Of a DNA stretch of 34,132 bases, positions 20,535 through 33,600 are shown in pieces (the first letter of the stretch is position 1; the number at the start of each line of letters is the position of its first letter). Source of the DNA: Chiloscyllium plagiosum. Lineage: Eukaryota. The stretch lies in NCBI RefSeq assembly GCF_004010195.1, contig NW_025215367.1, positions 52,098 through 86,229 of the forward strand, read 5' to 3'. The position numbers were made by a program, and so were the translations under genes. A model generated the notes under the pieces. The model searched no databases. It worked only from the letters and a program-made list of their open reading frames with translations, and had not been told where the DNA came from.

Positions 20535-21148
20535 CCTCTCTCTCTTTCTGTCTTTCTTTTCCCTCTACTTCTCGCTCTCTCTCTCTTCTTCTGTTTCTTT
20601 CTNNNNNNNNNNNNNNNNNNNNNNNNNNNNNNNNNNNNNNNNNNNNNNNNNNNNNNNNNNNNNNNNNNNNNNNNNNNNNNNNNNNNNNNNNNNNNNNNNN
20701 NNNNNNNNNNNNNNNNNNNNNNNNNNNNNNNNNNNNNNNNNNNNNNNNNNNNNNNNNNNNNNNNNNNNNNNNNNNNNNNNNNNNNNNNNNNNNNNNNNNN
20801 NNNNNNNNNNNNNNNNNNNNNNNNNNNNNNNNNNNNNNNNNNNNNNNNNNNNNNNNNNNNNNNNNNNNNNNNNNNNNNNNNNNNNNNNNNNNNNNNNNNN
20901 NNNNNNNNNNNNNNNNNNNNNNNNNNNNNNNNNNNNNNNNNNNNNNNNNNNNNNNNNNNNNNNNNNNNNNNNNNNNNNNNNNNNNNNNNNNNNNNNNNNN
21001 NNNNNNNNNNNNNNNNNNNNNNNNNNNNNNNNNNNNNNNNNNNNNNNNNNNNNNNNNNNNNNNNNTCTTATTGTCTCTCTCTCTTTCTCTCTCTCTCTTT
21101 CTCTCTCTGTCTCTCTCTCTCACTCACTCACTCACTCTCTCTCCCTCC
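20535..21148. repeat. (CT)n microsatellite flanking an assembly gap (463 N, 20603-21065)
   Basis: CT/CACT repeats on both sides of the N run. Confidence 0.9.
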
Positions 21149-21159
21149 TGTAGTTTGGT

Positions 21160-21475
21160 GATTGGAACTGCACACTAGCCTCTAGCTGTGGCCCACTCAG
21201 TGTGTCTTACACACATCCCTGCTCTCGGCTAATGAAGGAAAGCACCCGCTGTGGCTGCTTTACCACCTTGCCAACCCATCCTGTCACCCTCGGCAGGGGG
21301 GGGGGGGTGCTGTGGGCACTCCCAGGTTTCTCTATCACCCTGAATACCATCCCATTTGCTGTGTATTTCCTCATTTCGTTTGCCCACCCCAAACCCATGA
21401 CCTCACATTTCTCTGGATCGAATTCTGTCTGCCACTTTTGCCAAATCGACCAAAGCACTGACATCATCCTGTCTG
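21160..21475 (-). mobile_element. Old CR1 ORF2 fragment
   Basis: W..KWQTEFDPEKCEVMGLG.AN..RKYT.NG...QV.KVVK...VLSFISR. Confidence 0.8.
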
Positions 21476-21477
21476 GT

Positions 21478-21712
21478 AACAGAGTCGTACAAACTAGTCC
21501 CACCTGCCTGCTCCTGGCCCATATCCCTCCAAACCCTTTCCTATTCATGTTCTTATCCAAATATCTTTTAAATGTTGTAACTCTACCCACAATCCACCAC
21601 TTCCTCAGGAAGTTGGTTCTGCCCTCTGTGTGAAAAAGTTGCCCCTCATGTTTTTTGTAAATCTCTCCTTATAAATGTGCCCCTTGCTCTTGAAATCCTC
21701 CACCGTGGGGAA
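21478..21712 (-). mobile_element. CR1 (HER1-type) 3' fragment
   Basis: FKSKGHIYK..ERFTKNMRGNFFTQR...TTFKRYLDKNMNRKG. Confidence 0.82.
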
Positions 21713-21715
21713 AGG

Positions 21716-21875
21716 ATTGGACGAGATTCCCGACAGCGTGGAAACAGGCCCTTCGGCCCTCCACTGACCCTCCGAACAGAGACTTATCCAGACCCATTCC
21801 CCTCCCCGATATTTACTAACACACCTAACACCGTGGGACAATTTAGCACGGCCAATCCATCCTAACCTGCACAGC
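21716..21875 (-). mobile_element. V-SINE 3' tail leading into the 53-bp array
   Basis: GATTCCCGACAGCGTGGAAACAGGCCCTTCGGCCC..CCACTGACCCTCCGAA matches the SINE tails at 369-440 and 7159-7230. Confidence 0.85.
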
Positions 21876-24643
21876 CCTGGGCACTATGGGACAATTTAGC
21901 ATGGCCAATCCACCCTAACCTGCATATCCCTGGATACTATGGGAAAATTTAGCACGGCCAATCCACCCTAACCTGCACATCCCTGGATACTATGGGACAA
22001 TTTAGCACGGCCAATCCACCCTAACCTGCACATCCCTGGGCACTACGGGAAAATTTAGCACGGCCAATCCACCCTAACCCGCACATCCCTGGGCACTACG
22101 GGAAAATTTAGCACGGCCAATCCACCCTAACCCGCACATCCCTGGGCACTACGGGAAAATTTAGCACGGCCAATCCACCCTAACCCGCACATCCCTGGGC
22201 ACTACGGGAAAATTTAGCACGGCCAATCCACCCTAACCCGCACATCCCTGGGCACTACGGGAAAATTTAGCACGGCCAATCCACCCTAACCCGCACATCC
22301 CTGGGCACTACGGGAAAATTTAGCACGGCCAATCCACCCTAACCCGCACATCCCTGGGCACTACGGGAAAATTTAGCACGGCCAATCCACCCTAACCCGC
22401 ACATCCCTGGGCACTACGGGAAAATTTAGCACGGCCAATCCACCCTAACCCGCACATCCCTGGGCACTACGGGAAAATTTAGCACGGCCAATCCACCCTA
22501 ACCCGCACATCCCTGGGCACTACGGGAAAATTTAGCACGGCCAATCCACCCTAACCCGCACATCCCTGGGCACTACGGGAAAATTTAGCACGGCCAATCC
22601 ACCCTAACCCGCACATCCCTGGGCACTACGGGAAAATTTAGCACGGCCAATCCACCCTAACCCGCACATCCCTGGGCACTACGGGAAAATTTAGCACGGC
22701 CAATCCACCCTAACCCGCACATCCCTGGGCACTACGGGAAAATTTAGCACGGCCAATCCACCCTAACCCGCACATCCCTGGGCACTACGGGAAAATTTAG
22801 CACGGCCAATCCACCCTAACCCGCACATCCCTGGGCACTACGGGAAAATTTAGCACGGCCAATCCACCCTAACCCGCACATCCCTGGGCACTACGGGAAA
22901 ATTTAGCACGGCCAATCCACCCTAACCCGCACATCCCTGGGCACTACGGGAAAATTTAGCACGGCCAATCCACCCTAACCCGCACATCCCTGGGCACTAC
23001 GGGAAAATTTAGCACGGCCAATCCACCCTAACCCGCACATCCCTGGGCACTACGGGAAAATTTAGCACGGCCAATCCACCCTAACCCGCACATCCCTGGG
23101 CACTACGGGAAAATTTAGCACGGCCAATCCACCCTAACCCGCACATCCCTGGGCACTACGGGAAAATTTAGCACGGCCAATCCACCCTAACCCGCACATC
23201 CCTGGGCACTACGGGAAAATTTAGCACGGCCAATCCACCCTAACCCGCACATCCCTGGGCACTACGGGAAAATTTAGCACGGCCAATCCACCCTAACCCG
23301 CACATCCCTGGGCACTACGGGAAAATTTAGCACGGCCAATCCACCCTAACCCGCACATCCCTGGGCACTACGGGAAAATTTAGCACGGCCAATCCACCCT
23401 AACCCGCACATCCCTGGGCACTACGGGAAAATTTAGCACGGCCAATCCACCCTAACCCGCACATCCCTGGGCACTACGGGAAAATTTAGCACGGCCAATC
23501 CACCCTAACCCGCACATCCCTGGGCACTACGGGAAAATTTAGCACGGCCAATCCACCCTAACCCGCACATCCCTGGGCACTACGGGAAAATTTAGCACGG
23601 CCAATCCACCCTAACCCGCACATCCCTGGGCACTACGGGAAAATTTAGCACGGCCAATCCACCCTAACCCGCACATCCCTGGGCACTACGGGAAAATTTA
23701 GCACGGCCAATCCACCCTAACCCGCACATCCCTGGGCACTACGGGAAAATTTAGCACGGCCAATCCACCCTAACCCGCACATCCCTGGGCACTACGGGAA
23801 AATTTAGCACGGCCAATCCACCCTAACCCGCACATCCCTGGGCACTACGGGAAAATTTAGCACGGCCAATCCACCCTAACCCGCACATCCCTGGGCACTA
23901 CGGGAAAATTTAGCACGGCCAATCCACCCTAACCCGCACATCCCTGGGCACTACGGGAAAATTTAGCACGGCCAATCCACCCTAACCCGCACATCCCTGG
24001 GCACTACGGGAAAATTTAGCACGGCCAATCCACCCTAACCCGCACATCCCTGGGCACTACGGGAAAATTTAGCACGGCCAATCCACCCTAACCCGCACAT
24101 CCCTGGGCACTACGGGAAAATTTAGCACGGCCAATCCACCCTAACCCGCACATCCCTGGGCACTACGGGAAAATTTAGCACGGCCAATCCACCCTAACCC
24201 GCACATCCCTGGGCACTACGGGAAAATTTAGCACGGCCAATCCACCCTAACCCGCACATCCCTGGGCACTACGGGAAAATTTAGCACGGCCAATCCACCC
24301 TAACCCGCACATCCCTGGGCACTACGGGAAAATTTAGCACGGCCAATCCACCCTAACCCGCACATCCCTGGGCACTACGGGAAAATTTAGCACGGCCAAT
24401 CCACCCTAACCCGCACATCCCTGGGCACTACGGGAAAATTTAGCACGGCCAATCCACCCTAACCCGCACATCCCTGGGCACTACGGGAAAATTTAGCACG
24501 GCCAATCCACCCTAACCCGCACATCCCTGGGCACTACGGGAAAATTTAGCACGGCCAATCCACCCTAACCCGCACATCCCTGGGCACTACGGGAAAATTT
24601 AGCACGGCCAATCCACCCTAACCCGCACATCCCTGGGCACTAC
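21829..24643. repeat. 53-bp SINE-derived minisatellite, ~53 copies (about 49 apparently identical)
   Basis: Unit ACCCGCACATCCCTGGGCACTACGGGAAAATTTAGCACGGCCAATCCACCCTA. Variants seen only before ~22028. Confidence 0.97.
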
Positions 24644-27600
24644 ACTCTCCCAGTCTTGTACATAATCTGTACTGCAACACAGCACTCTCCCAGTCTTGTA
24701 CATAATCTGTACTGCAACACAGCGCTCTCCCAGTCTTGTACATAATCTGTACTGCAACACAGCGCTCTCCCAGTCTTGTACATAATCTGTAAAGTAACAC
24801 AACACTCTCCCAGTCCTGTCTATAATCTGTATTGTAACACAGCACTCTCCCAGTCTTGTACATAATCTGTACTGTAACACAGCACTCTCTCAGTCTTGTA
24901 CATAATCTGTACTGTAACACAGCACTCTCCCCATCCTGTCTGTAATCTGTAATGTAACACAGCACTCTCTCAGAGTTGTACATAATCTGTACTGTAACAC
25001 AGCACTCTCCCCATCCTGTACATAATCTGTACTGTAACACAGCACTCTCTCAGTCTTGTACATAATCTGTACTGTAACACAGCACTCTCCCCTTCCTGTC
25101 TGTAATCTGTAATGTAACACAGCACTCTCCCAGTCCTTTACATAATCTGTACTGCAACACAGCACTCTCCCCATCCTGTCTGTAATCTGTAATGTAACAC
25201 AGCACTCTCTCAGTCTTGTACATAATCTGTACTGTAACACAGCACTCTCTCAGTCTTGTACATAATCTGTACTGTAACACAGCACTCACCCAGTCCTGCA
25301 TATAATCTGTAATGTAACACAGTACTCTCTCAGTCTTGTACATAATCTGTACTGTAACACAGCACTCTCCCCGTCCTGTACATAATCTGTACTGTAACAC
25401 AGCACTCTCCCCATCCTGTCTGTAATCTGTAATGTAACACAGCACTCTCTCAGTCTTGTATATAATCTGTAATGTAATATAGCACTCTCCCAGTCCTGTA
25501 TATAATCTGTACTGCAACACAGCACTCTCTCAGTCTTGTACATAATCTGTATTGTAACACAGCACTCTCCCAGTCTTGTACATAATCTGTACTGTAATAC
25601 AGCACTCTCCCCGTCCTGCACATAATCTGTAATGTAACACAGCACACTCCCAGTCCAGTCTATAATCTGTACTGCAACACAGCACTCTCTCAGTCTTGTA
25701 CATAATCTGTATTGTAACACAGCACTCTCCCCATCCTATCTGTAATGTAACACAGCGCTCTCTCAGTCTTGTACATAATCTGTACTGTAACACAGTACTC
25801 TCCCAGTCTTGTATATAATCTGTAATGTAACACAATGCTCCCAGTCCTGTCTATAATCTGTACTGCAACACAGCACTCTCCCAGTCCTGTACATAATCTG
25901 TAATGTAACACAGCACTCTCCCAGTCCTGTCTATAATCTGTACTGTAACACAGCACTCTCTCAGTCTTGTACATAACCTCTACTGTAACACAGCACTCTC
26001 CCAGTCCTGTCTATAATCTGTATTGTAACACAGCACTCTCCCCGTCCTGCACATAATCTGTATTGTAACACAGCACTCTCCCAGTCTTGTACATAATCTC
26101 TACTGTAACACAGCACTCTCCCCGTCCTGTACATAATCTGTAATGTAACACAGCACTCTCCCAGTCCTGTCGATAATCTGTATTGTAACACAGCACTCTC
26201 TCAGTCTTGTACATAATCTGTAATGTAACACAGCACTCTCCCCATCCTGTACATAATCTGTATTGTAACACAGCACTCTCTCAGTCTTGTACATAATCTG
26301 TACTGTAACACAGCACTCTCCCAGTCCTGTATATAATCTGTACTGTAACACAGCACTCTCTCAGTCTTGTACATAATCTGTACTGTAACACAGCACTCTC
26401 CCCATCCTGTCTGTAATCTGAAATGTAACACAGCACTCTCCCAGTTTTGTACATAATCTGTACTGCAACACAGCACTCTCTCAGTCTTGTACATAATCTG
26501 TACTGTAACACAGCACTCTCCCCGTCCTGTATATAATCTGTAATGTAACACAGCACTCTCTCAGTCTTGTACATAATCTGTAATGTAACACAACAGTCTC
26601 CCAGTCCTGTCTATAATCTGTACTGTAACACAGCACTCTCCCCGTCCTGCACATAATCTGTACTGTAACACAGCACTCTCTCAGTCTTGTACATAATCTG
26701 TAATGTAACACAGCACTCTCCCAGTCCTGCACATAATCTGTACTGTAACACAGCACTCTCTCAGTCTTGTACATAATCTGTAATGTAACACAACACTCTC
26801 CCAGTCTTGTACATAATCTGTACTGTAACACAGCACTCTCTCAGTCCTGTCAATAATCTGTAATGTAACACAGCACTCTCCCAGTCCTGTATATAATCTG
26901 TACTGTAACACCGCACTCTCCCTGTCCTGTCTATAATCTGTACTGTAACACAACACTCTCCCAGTCCTGTCTATAATCTGTAATGTAACACCGCACTCTC
27001 CCTGTCCTGTCTATAATCTGTAATGTAACACAGCACTGTCCCAATCTTGTATATAATCTGTAATGTAACACAGCACTCTCCCTGTCCTGTATATAATCTG
27101 TACTGTAACACAACACTCTCCCAGTCCTGTCGATAATCTGTAATGTAACACAGCACTCTCCCAGTCCTGTCTATAATCTGTAATGTAACACAGCACACTC
27201 TCAGTCTTGTACATAATCTGTAATGTAACACAACACTCTCCCAGTCCTGTCTATAATCTGTAATGTAACACAGCACTCTCCCAGTCCTGTATATCATCTG
27301 TAATGTAACACAGCACTGTCCCAGTCCTGTATATAACCTATAATGTTACACAGCACTGTCCCAATCTTGTATATAATCTGTAATGTAACACAGCACACTC
27401 CCTGTCCTGTATATAATCTGTAATGCAACACAGCATCGTCCCAGCCCTATATGTAATCTGTAATGTAACACAGCGCTGTCCCAGTGCTCTATATAATCTG
27501 TAATGTAACACAGCACTGTCCCAATCTTGTACATAAACTGTAATGTAACACAGCACTGTCCCAGTCCTGTGTATAATCTGTAATGTAACACAACACTCTC

Positions 27601-30600
27601 CCAGTCCTGTATATAATCGGTACTGTAACAGTACTCGCCCTGCCCTGTATATAATCTGTAATGCAACACAGCATCGTCCCAGCCCTGTATGTAATCTGTA
27701 ATATAATACAGTACTGTCCCAGTCCTGCATATAATCTGTAATGTAACACAGCACCCGCCCAGTCTAGTACATAATCTGTAATGTAACACAGCACCCGCCC
27801 AGTCTAGTACATAATCTGTAATGTAACACAGCACTGTCCCAGTTCTGTTTACAATCTGTAATGTAACACAAAACTCTCCCAGTCCTGTATATAATCGGTA
27901 CTGTAACAGGACTCGCCCTGTCCTGTATATAATCTGTAATGTAACACAGCACTGTCCCCACCTATATATAATCTGTCATATAAGATAGCACACTCCCAGT
28001 CCTGTATATAATCTGTAATGTAACACAGCACTAGTCTTGGACATAATCTGTAATGGAACACAGCGCTGTTCCATTGCTCTATATAATCTGTAATGTAACA
28101 CAGCACTGTCCCAATCTTGTACATAAACTGTAATGTAACACAGCACTGTCCCAGTCCTGTGTATAATCTGTAATGTAACACACCACTTTCACAATCTTGT
28201 ATATAATCTGTAATGTAACACAGCACTCTCCCAGTCTGGTATATAATCTGAAATGTGACACAGCACTGTCCCAGTCCTGTATACAATCTGTAATGTAACT
28301 CAGCACTCTCCTAGTCCGGTATATAATCTGTAATGTAACACAGCACTCTCCCATGTCTGTCCATATTCTGTAATATAACACAGCACTCTCACAATCCGGT
28401 ATATGATCTGTACTGTAACACAGCACTCTCCCAGTCCTGTCTATAATCTGTAATGTAACTCAGCACTCTCCCAGTCCAGTATATAATCTGTAATGTAACA
28501 CAGCACTCTCCCAGTTCTGTATATAATCTGTAATATAACACAGCATTGTCCCTGTCCTGTATATAATCTGTCATGTAACACTGCACTCTCCAAGTCCAGT
28601 ATATAAACTATAATGTAACACAGCACTCTCCCAGTCCGGTATATAATCTGTACTGTAACACAGCACACTCCCAGGTCTGTACATAATCTGTAATATAACA
28701 TGCACTCTCCCAGTTCGGTATATAATCTGAAATGGAACACAGCACTGTCCCAGTCTGATATATAATCTGTAATGTAACACAGCACTCTCCCAGTCCTGTA
28801 TATAATCTGTGATGTAACACAGCACTGTCCCAGTCCTGTATATAATCTGTAATGTAACACTGCACTCTCCAAGTCCAGTATATAAACTATAATGTAACAC
28901 AGCACTCTCCCAGTCTGGTATATAATCTGTAGTGTTACACAGCACTATCCCAGTCCAGTATATAATCTGTAATGTAACACAGCACTCTCCCAGTCCTGTA
29001 TATAATCTGTAATTTAACACAGTACTGTCCCTGTCCTGTCTATAATCTGTAATTAACACAGCACTCTCCCAGTCCTGTATATAATCTGTGATGTAACACA
29101 GCACTGTCCCAGTCCTGTATATAATCTGTAATTTAACACAGCACTGTCCAGTCCTGTATATAATCTGTAATGTAATACTGCACTCTCCCAGTCCTGTATA
29201 TAATCTGTAATGTAATGCAGCCCTCTCCCAGTCCTGTAAATAATCTGTAATGTAACACAGCACTCTCCCAGTTCTGTATATAATCTGTAATGTAACACAG
29301 CACTGTCCCATTCCGATACATAATCTGTAATGTGACACAGCACTCTCCCAGTCCCATATGTAATCTGAAATGTAACACAGCACTGTCCCAGTCCTGTATG
29401 TAATCTGTAATGTAATGCAGCACTCTCCCAGTCCTGCATATAATCTGTAATGTAACACAGCACTGTCCCAGTCCTGTATATAATCTGTAATGTAACACAG
29501 CACACACTCAGTTGAGGGCGGCACAGTGACACAGTGGTTAGCACTGCTGCCTCACAGCACCAGAGACCTGGGTTCAATTCCCGCCTCAGGCGACTGACTG
29601 TGTGGAGTTTGCATGTTCTCCCTGTGTCTGCGTGGGTTTCCTCCGGGTGCTCCGGTTCCCTCCCACAGACCAAAAATGTGCAGGTTAGGGTGGATTGGCC
29701 ATGCTAAATTACCCGTAGTGTTAGGTAAGGGGTAAATGTAGGGGAATGGTTTTGGGTGGGTTGCTCTTCGGAGGGTCGGTGTGGACTTGTTGGGCCGAAG
29801 GGCCTGTTTCCACACTGTAATGTAATGTAATCTAATCTAGTCTCAGTCCTGAATAAACTATGTAATGTAACAGAGCACTGTCCCGGTCCTGTGTATAATC
29901 TGCATATAACACAGCACTCTCTTAGTCCTACGTATAATCTGTAATGTAAAACAGGACTCGCCCTGTCCTGTATATAATCTGTAATGTAACACAGCACTGT
30001 CCCCACCTATATATAATCTGTCATATAAGATAGCACACTCCCAGTCCTGTATATAATCTGTAATGTAACACAGCACTGTCCCAGTCCTGTGTCCCAGTCT
30101 GTATATAATCTGTAATGTAACACCGCACTCTCCCTGTCCTGTATATAATTTGTAATGTAACACAGCACTCACCCTGTCCTGTACATAATGTGTAATATAA
30201 CACAGCACTCTCACTGTCCTGTATGTTGTCTGTAATGTAACATAGCACTCTCCCAGTCCTGTATATAATCTGTAATGTAACACAGTACTCTCCCAATCCT
30301 GTATATAATCTGTAATGTAACACAGCACTCTCCCAGTCTGGTATATAATCTGTAATGTAATACTGCACTCTCCCAGTCCTGTATATAATCTGTAATGTAA
30401 CACAGCACTGTCATAGTCCTGTATATAATCTGTAATGTAATACTGCACTCTCCCAGTCCTGTATAAAATCTGTAAAATAACACAGCACTCTCCCAATTTT
30501 GTATATAATCTGTAATGTAACCCAGCACTCTCCCAGTCCTGTATATAATCTGAAATGTAACACTGTACTCTCCCAGTCCTGTATATAATCTGTAATTTAA

Positions 30601-33600
30601 CACAGTACTGTCCCTGTCCTGTCTATAATCTGTAATTAACACAGCACTCTCCCAATCTTGTATATAATCTGTGAGGTAACACAGCACTCACCGTGTTCTG
30701 CATATAATCTGTAATGTAACTCAGCACTCTCCCAGTTCTGTATATTACCTGTAATGTAACACAGCACTCTCCCACTCCCATTTGTAATCTGAAATGTAAC
30801 ACAGCACTGCCCCAATCCTGTATATAATCTGTAATGTAACGCAGCACTCTCCCAGTCCTGTATATAATCTGTAATGTAACACAGCACTCTTCCAGTCCTG
30901 CATATAATCTGTAATGTAATGCAGCACTCTCCAAGTCCTGTATATAATCTGTAATGTAACACAGCACTGTCCCAGTCCTGTATATAATCTGTAATGTAAC
31001 ACAGCACTCTCCCAGTCCGGTATATAATCTTTAATGTAACACAGCACTCGCCCTGTACTGTATATTATCTGTAATGTAACACAGCACTGTCACAGTCCTG
31101 TATATAACCTGTAATGTAATACAGCACTGTCACAGTCCTGTATATAACCTGTAATGTAATACAGCAGTCTCTCAGTACAGTATATAATCTGTAATGTAAC
31201 ACAGCGCCCACTCAGTCCTGAATAAAGTATGTAATGTAACACAGCACTGTCCCGGTCCTGTGTATAATCTGTAATATAACACAGCACTCTCTTAGTCCTA
31301 CGTATAATCTGTAATGTAAAACAGGACTCGCCCTGTCCTGTATATAATCTGTCATGTAACACCGCACTCACCCAGTCCTGTATATAATGTGTAATGTAAC
31401 ACAGCACTCTCACTGTCCGGTATCTAATCTGTAATGTAACACAGCACTGTTCCAGTCCTGTATATTATCTGTAATGTAACACAGTGCTCTCCCAGTTCTG
31501 TATATAATCTGTAATGTAACGCAGCATGCTCCCAGTCCACTATATAATCTGTACTGTAACACAACACTGTCCCAGTCCTGTATATAATCTGTAATATGAC
31601 ACAGCACTCTTCCTGTCTTGTATATAATCTGAAATGTAACACAGCACTGTCCCAGTCCTGCATATAATCTGTAATGTAACACAGCACTCTCTCAGTCCTG
31701 TATATAATCTGTAATATAACACAGCACTGTCCTAGTCCTGTATATAATCTGTAATGTAACACAGCACTCTCTCAGTCCTGTATATAATCTGTAATTTAAC
31801 ACGGCACTGTCCCAGTCCTGTATATAATCTGTAATGTAACATCGCACTATCCCAGACCTGTATATAATCTGTAATGTAATACAGCACTGTCCCAGTCCTG
31901 CATATAATCTGTAATGTAACACAGCACTGTCCCAGTCCTGCATATAATCTGTAATGTAACACAGCACTCTCCCAGTCCTGTATATAATCTGTAGTGTGTC
32001 ACAGCACTGTCCCAGTTGTGGATGCAATTTGCAATGTAATACAGCACTGTCCCAGTCCTGCATATAATCTGTGATGTAACACAGCACTGTCCAAGTCCTG
32101 TATATAATCTATAATTAAACACTGCACTCACCCAGTCCTGTATGTAATCTCTAATATAACACTGCACTGTCCCGGTCCTGTACATAATATGTAATTTAAC
32201 ACAGTACTGTCCCTGTCCTGTGTATAATCTGTAATGTAACACAGCACTCTCCCAGTTCTGTATATAATGTGTAATGCAACACAGCACTCTCCCAGTCCTG
32301 TATATAATCTGTAATGTGACACAGCACTCTCCCAATCCTGTATACAATCTATAATGTGACACAGCCCTGTCCCAGTCCTGTACATAACCTGTAATGTAAT
32401 ACAGCACTGTCCCAGTCCTGCATATAATCTGTAATGTAACACAGCACTCTCCCAGTCTTGTATATACCCTGTAATGTAACACGGCACTCTTCCGGTCCTG
32501 TATAGAATCTGTAATGTAACACAGTACTGTCCCTGTCCTGTATATAATCTGTAATGTAACATAGCACTATCCCAGTCCTACATATAATCTATAATGTAAC
32601 ACAGCACTGTCCCAGTCCTGTATATAATCTGTAATGTAACACAGCACTCTCCTAGTCCTGTATATAAACTGTAATGTTACACACACACTTCCCCCATCTT
32701 GTCTGTAATCTGTAATGTAACACAGTACTCTTCCAGTCCTGTACATAAACTGTAATGTAACACTGTACTCTCCCAGTCCTGTATATAATCTGTAATGTTA
32801 CACAGCACTCTCCCAGTCCTGTATATAATCTGTAATGTTACACAGCATTGTCCCAGTCCTGTATATAATCTGTAATGTAGCACACACACCAGATCCTGTA
32901 TATAATCTGTAATGTTACACAGCACTGTCCCAGTCCTGTATATAATCTGTAATGTTACACACGCACTCTCCCCATCCTGTCTGTAATCTGTAATGTAACA
33001 CAGCACTCTCCCAGTCCTGTATATAATCTGTAATGTTACACAGCACTCTCCCAGTCCTGTATATAATCTGTAATGTTACACAGCACTCTCCCAGTCCTGT
33101 ATATAATTTGTAATGTAACACAGCACTCTCCCAGTCCTACATATAATCTATAATGTAACACAGCACTCTCCTAGTCCTGTATATAATCTGTAATGTAGCA
33201 CACACACCAGATCCTGTATATAATCTGTAATGTAACACAGCACTCTCCCAGTCCTGTATATAATTTGTAATGTAATACAGCACTGTCCCAGTCCTGCATA
33301 TAATCTGTAATGTAACACAGCACTGTCCCAGTCCTGCATATAATCTGTAATGTAATACAGCACTCTCCCAGTCCGGTATATAATATGTAATGTAACACAG
33401 TACTCTCCTAGTCCTGTATATAATCTGTAATGTAACACAGCACTGTCCCAGTCCTGTATATAATCTGTAATGTAACATCGCACTGTCCCAGACCTGTATA
33501 TAATCTGTAATGTAATACAGCACTGTCCCAGTCCTGCATATAATCTGTAATGTAACACAGCACTCTCCAAGTCCTGTATATAATCTGTAATGTAACACAG

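Noticed and set aside
29517..29590. tRNA gene
   Set aside because: Box A/B belong to the SINE head and continue into the V-domain. Same for 625-694.
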